Shown here: piece by piece, positions 59,149 to 64,000 of the stretch
Position numbering within the stretch: position 1 is the stretch's first letter
How the letters are laid out: every line of letters begins with the position of its first letter
Source of the DNA: Rivularia sp. T60_A2020_040
Lineage (GTDB): Bacteria; Cyanobacteriota; Cyanobacteriia; Cyanobacteriales; Nostocaceae
Direction: 5' to 3'
Length of the DNA stretch: 64,000 nucleotides
NCBI GenBank assembly: GCA_015272215.1
Contig: JACYMD010000048.1
Span: 4,874-68,873 of the forward strand
Position numbers and translations under genes: made by a program
Notes under the pieces: generated by a model
What the model saw: the letters and a program-made list of their open reading frames with translations, nothing else
Database searches by the model: none
Told to the model about the DNA's origin: nothing

Positions 59149-59321
59149 AAAATTTAGAAACAATTAAAATCAGAATACCGGCTAATTTAACCGACTTTCT
59201 TTTTATAAGTTAGTTTTGGGTGATTACTTTTGAAAGGCTATTATCTGCCAACTTGTAGGTTTAGAAAAATTCAAATAAATTAAAACAAATTAAAACAAAT
59301 TAAAAATTAAAAATTAAAAAG

Positions 59322-59651
59322 ATGACTCAACCAATACCACCGATAACTTTACCACCTGCGTCGAATCCTCAACAAGAAGGAAAATGGTTGCAACAGAGCT
59401 TACATTCCTTTTTGGATGAAGAATTTATCCCAGAAACCATTAATCAAACAATAGCCGAACGTGCCGCACAAATTTTCGTTCGACAGCGGATGGAAGGGGA
59501 AAACGATTTAGGAGAATTAGTTCTAGCGATTGTCACCGAAATGCAATCCTTTGACTTTTCCAAAAGCTTCTATGGAGAATTTGCGATCGCGAATGCAGTT
59601 AGCGATCTTCTTTTGGAAAGCTTAGGAATTGATAAATGTTGCGGACAATGA
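59322..59651 (+). CDS. Conserved cyanobacterial hypothetical protein
   Basis: WLQQSLHSFLDEEFIPE...RQRMEGENDLG...SFYGEFAIANAVSDLL; coherent composition and a good ATG start. Confidence 0.75.
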   Translation: MTQPIPPITLPPASNPQQEGKWLQQSLHSFLDEEFIPETINQTIAERAAQIFVRQRMEGENDLGELVLAIVTEMQSFDFSKSFYGEFAIANAVSDLLLESLGIDKCCGQ

Positions 59652-59814
59652 ATTTTAGATTTTAGATTTTAGATTTTAGATTTTGGATTGATTTTGATGA
59701 ATTACGCTAAAAACGTTCAATGTAATACCATTAGCTTCTAGAGATGGGGTTTACTCTCACAAAGTCGGAGCAAATGTGTAATTCAAAATTCAAAATCCAA
59801 AATCCAAAATCGTA

Positions 59815-60117
59815 TTACCAGCTAGACTTAACAACACCAGGTAATAAGCCTTTATGCGCCCAGTCGCGGAGGACATTGCGACATAAACCGAAGTCACGGT
59901 AAACAGCGCGGGGACGGCCTGTAACCCAACAGCGGTTGCGACGGCGATTTGGAGCGCTGTTGCGGGGTAGTTGCTGAATTTTACGGTGGATTTCAAGTTT
60001 TTCCAAGGGGTCTTGCTCTTGTCTAAACTCTTCTAGTAAATTTTCACGCTTATCCCAATACTTATCTACCATTTTGGCGCGTTTTTTATCGCGCTCAATC
60101 ATCGCTTTTTTAGCCAT
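59815..60117 (-). CDS. rpsN: 30S ribosomal protein S14 (long, Zn-independent type)
   Basis: MAKKAMIER...[21 protein letters not shown]...[11 protein letters not shown]. Confidence 0.97.
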   Translation of the reverse strand: MAKKAMIERDKKRAKMVDKYWDKRENLLEEFRQEQDPLEKLEIHRKIQQLPRNSAPNRRRNRCWVTGRPRAVYRDFGLCRNVLRDWAHKGLLPGVVKSSW

Positions 60118-60154
60118 AAAATTCCTAATTGTTTTTTGAACAGCATTCCCTATT

Positions 60155-60868
60155 CTAGCGAATCGCACTACTTATGATATCAATATTTTCATTTTGACGA
60201 TTTTGACCATAAATTTTAGGTGCGCTAGCACATAGATCGGCTAACTGGCACTCTCCACAAGCGGGATTACGCGCACGACAAACAGCTCGACCGTGATAAA
60301 TCAGCCGAATTGACCAATTTTCCCAATCTGCTTGGGGTAATAATTTCATCAAATCCCGTTCAATACGAACTGGATCTTCATGATCAGTTAAACCTAATCT
60401 TTGACTGAGACGACTGACGTGAGTATCAACAGTCACCCCAGCATTAATTCCAAAACCATGAGCCAAAACTACATTTGCAGTTTTTCGAGCTACTCCGGGA
60501 AGCCGCAATAGTTCTTCCATTCGTTGAGGAACTTGACCGCCAAAATCACTAACTATCATCTGACAGGCGGCTTTGATGTTCTTGGACTTATTCCGATAAA
60601 AACCTGTAGAACGCACCAAGCTTTCCAGTTCTTCAATAGTTGCATTACCCAAACTTTCCGCATCCGGGAATTTACTAAAGAGTTCTGGTGTTACTTTATT
60701 CACCCGTTCGTCCGTACATTGAGCGGAAAGAATAGTCGCTACAAGTAACTGTACCGGAGTTGAATAATTTAAAGAGCAAGTTGCATCTGGATACAACCGC
60801 TGCAAACGCACCAAAATAGAGCGTGCTTGCTGCTTTTTAGTAGAAGATTTTTTTCGGTTAGTACTCAC
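60155..60868 (-). CDS. nth: Endonuclease III
   Basis: [27 protein letters not shown] (HhH), [22 protein letters not shown] Fe-S motif. GTG start overlaps the rseP stop. Confidence 0.95.
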   Translation of the reverse strand: MSTNRKKSSTKKQQARSILVRLQRLYPDATCSLNYSTPVQLLVATILSAQCTDERVNKVTPELFSKFPDAESLGNATIEELESLVRSTGFYRNKSKNIKAACQMIVSDFGGQVPQRMEELLRLPGVARKTANVVLAHGFGINAGVTVDTHVSRLSQRLGLTDHEDPVRIERDLMKLLPQADWENWSIRLIYHGRAVCRARNPACGECQLADLCASAPKIYGQNRQNENIDIISSAIR

Positions 60869-61953
60869 TGGAATAACTTTTGTACCCATTCCAACTGGGT
60901 AGTTTCCTTAACGATTAGAAAAAGCCCTAATCCTAAAAGTAGCACTAAACCTGTTTGCATGACACCTTCTTGAATGCGATTTGGTAAAGGCTTACCGCGC
61001 ACACCTTCAATCAACAGAAAAGCAAGTTGTCCGCCATCTAAAGCCGGTAAAGGTAAAATATTGATGAAAGCCAAGTTGATGCTAATTAGTGCCGCAAAAA
61101 AGAACAAACTACCAGTATCGTTTTGAGCAATACTTGCACCAATTTTGACGATTTTAACAGGTCCTGCGACTTGACCTGCTGTTTCACCAAAGTTTGTGAC
61201 TAATTGTCCAAAGCCTTGAACTGTTTGGACGATAATATTTTGAAACTGAGTCGCGCCGATGCTAAAGGCTTCCACAATATTTTTTGCAGAACGATGATCT
61301 ATTTTACGGTTAGGAGAAAGACTAACACCAATACTTCCGCCACCAGGTTTTGCTTCTGGAACTACCGTTAAATTTATATTACGCGAGTCTCTGGCAATTT
61401 TTAATTCAATTGCTTTTCCTGGATGATTTTTGATGATATTCATCAATTTGTCTCTTTCTTGCAGCGATGTCCCAAATTCCTGACCATCCGCTGCTATAAT
61501 TACATCCCCCGGCTTAATTCCAGCCTCTGTCGCTACATTACTCACTTGGGGAGCGAGTTCTGGAATCAAAATTCCTGGTTGAGGAATTGCTTCGGGTATT
61601 CCGACAAAGCCAACCTGAGATACCAACAGAAAATAAGCAAAGATTAAATTTGCGATTACCCCAGCACTAATCACGATCGCCCGATCTAAAACCGGACGGT
61701 TACGCAGTAAATTTGGGTCGGATGGCTCAATTTCACTATCGGGATCGTCATCAGGAAATCCCACAAAACCACCCAACGGAAACGCACGCACCGCATACTC
61801 TGTTTGAGAACCTTGATACTTTAAAAGCACAGGACCAAAGCCCAGTGAAAAGCGGTTAACATAAATACCTTGAGACCGGGCTGCAATAAAATGTCCTAAC
61901 TCGTGTACAAAAATAAGTACAGCCAATACTGCGATCGCCGCTAAAACTGACAT
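60865..61953 (-). CDS. rseP: RIP metalloprotease RseP
   Basis: IFVHELGH, ISAGVIAN, PDZ region, GPVKI, NILPLPALDGG. Confidence 0.94.
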   Translation of the reverse strand: MSVLAAIAVLAVLIFVHELGHFIAARSQGIYVNRFSLGFGPVLLKYQGSQTEYAVRAFPLGGFVGFPDDDPDSEIEPSDPNLLRNRPVLDRAIVISAGVIANLIFAYFLLVSQVGFVGIPEAIPQPGILIPELAPQVSNVATEAGIKPGDVIIAADGQEFGTSLQERDKLMNIIKNHPGKAIELKIARDSRNINLTVVPEAKPGGGSIGVSLSPNRKIDHRSAKNIVEAFSIGATQFQNIIVQTVQGFGQLVTNFGETAGQVAGPVKIVKIGASIAQNDTGSLFFFAALISINLAFINILPLPALDGGQLAFLLIEGVRGKPLPNRIQEGVMQTGLVLLLGLGLFLIVKETTQLEWVQKLFQ

Positions 61954-62027
61954 AGAATTGTGAATTTATTTAAACTATACATTTCTTTATTTTAGATTGG
62001 GCATTGGGAATTGGGGAATTGGGAATT

Positions 62028-63326
<1,299 letters not shown>

Positions 63327-63587
63327 TCAGTTTAGGATTTAATATATTTAAGTTAATACACAATCTCAAATTGTAATATTTGCCTTGAGTTCAGAGCAAA
63401 AAAATTTTCTACTACGCTACAAAATTTAACTTCAACCTTAATCAAGGTGGTTAACAAGCTAATTGCAAAAATACACCAAAAAATTCCGGGTGGAAAAGGA
63501 AAGTCCAAGTAACACTGAACAACAAAGATTGCTTCCTCCAATCTTCAACTTCCTCTTGTACTCCAACCATCGTATTACCATATCCGC

Positions 63588-64000
63588 TCATTTGGTGATC
63601 CGATTTAGCAACCAAATTGATGCTACAAGTCCTACAAAATGGGCTGTAATAGTATTAGTATTTGCCTGCACTACAAACATATCTTGACCGCTAATGATTC
63701 GATTGGGGTCAAATAATTGAGTCGTTACGGCTTGAGGTGATACAGCTCTGACTACTAAAGAGCCGACAATCGCTTGGGCTCCTAACAATGTCAACAGCAT
63801 TCCTACTAAATTAACTATCAGAGCTAATTGTAAAACTTTAACCGTCTCGATTTTGCGAGGACGGTTACTAGGGTTGGTAGATTGCAGTTGTCTACCAATG
63901 TTTTTGCAACGAAATGCTAAATAAATGCTTACTCCTAAAGCAACCAGTCCGCAAATGGCTAAAAACACACCAAAGCCAGTTTCAGCACTGCTAGAAGCAG
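63588..64000 (-). CDS. DUF3611-family membrane protein (partial, 5' end beyond the window)
   Basis: The frame stays open to the window edge (...ASSSAETGFGVFLAICG); NLVGMLLTLLGAQAIVGSL; DMFVVQANTNTITAHFVG. Confidence 0.72.
   Translation of the reverse strand, partial: ASSSAETGFGVFLAICGLVALGVSIYLAFRCKNIGRQLQSTNPSNRPRKIETVKVLQLALIVNLVGMLLTLLGAQAIVGSLVVRAVSPQAVTTQLFDPNRIISGQDMFVVQANTNTITAHFVGLVASIWLLNRITK

Overview
This is a chromosomal segment of a filamentous, very probably heterocyst-forming cyanobacterium (Nostocales-like). The evidence is many HIP1 octamers (GCGATCGC), heptamer STRR arrays, an asr1734-type regulator and a prpJ-like cluster. Most of the window is core genome: crp, an envelope-polysaccharide block (two sugar transferases, fcl, gmd, a GT4), pgsA, aspA, ppa-panD, a LysR/TrpD-like pair, an FHA/CHAT/PP2C signalling cluster, ndhM, a Ycf29-type response regulator, ctpB, recJ, def, ftsX, aat, rpsN, nth, rseP and serS. 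An AT-rich, probably accessory stretch (about 45.0-55.5 kb) holds a secreted polysaccharide lyase, a non-clock double-domain KaiC-like ATPase with a pseudo-receiver histidine kinase, and a split pentapeptide-repeat gene. It also holds a ZorA/ZorB-like (MotA/MotB-family) pair with no recognisable Zorya effector, divergent from a membrane Ser/Thr kinase. Non-coding highlights are: a three-copy array of about 400-bp units at 57.5-58.6 kb, whose conserved core contains both flanking gene ends, a hairpin and a sigma70-like promoter, with unrelated spacers between cores; a Yfr1-complementary site over a sugar-transferase RBS; a candidate PsrR1-like sRNA; and an in-frame 24-nt insertion at a former HIP1 site. 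No tRNA, rRNA, CRISPR array, transposase or integrase was seen. All family assignments come from motif recognition and memory; no database searches were run.
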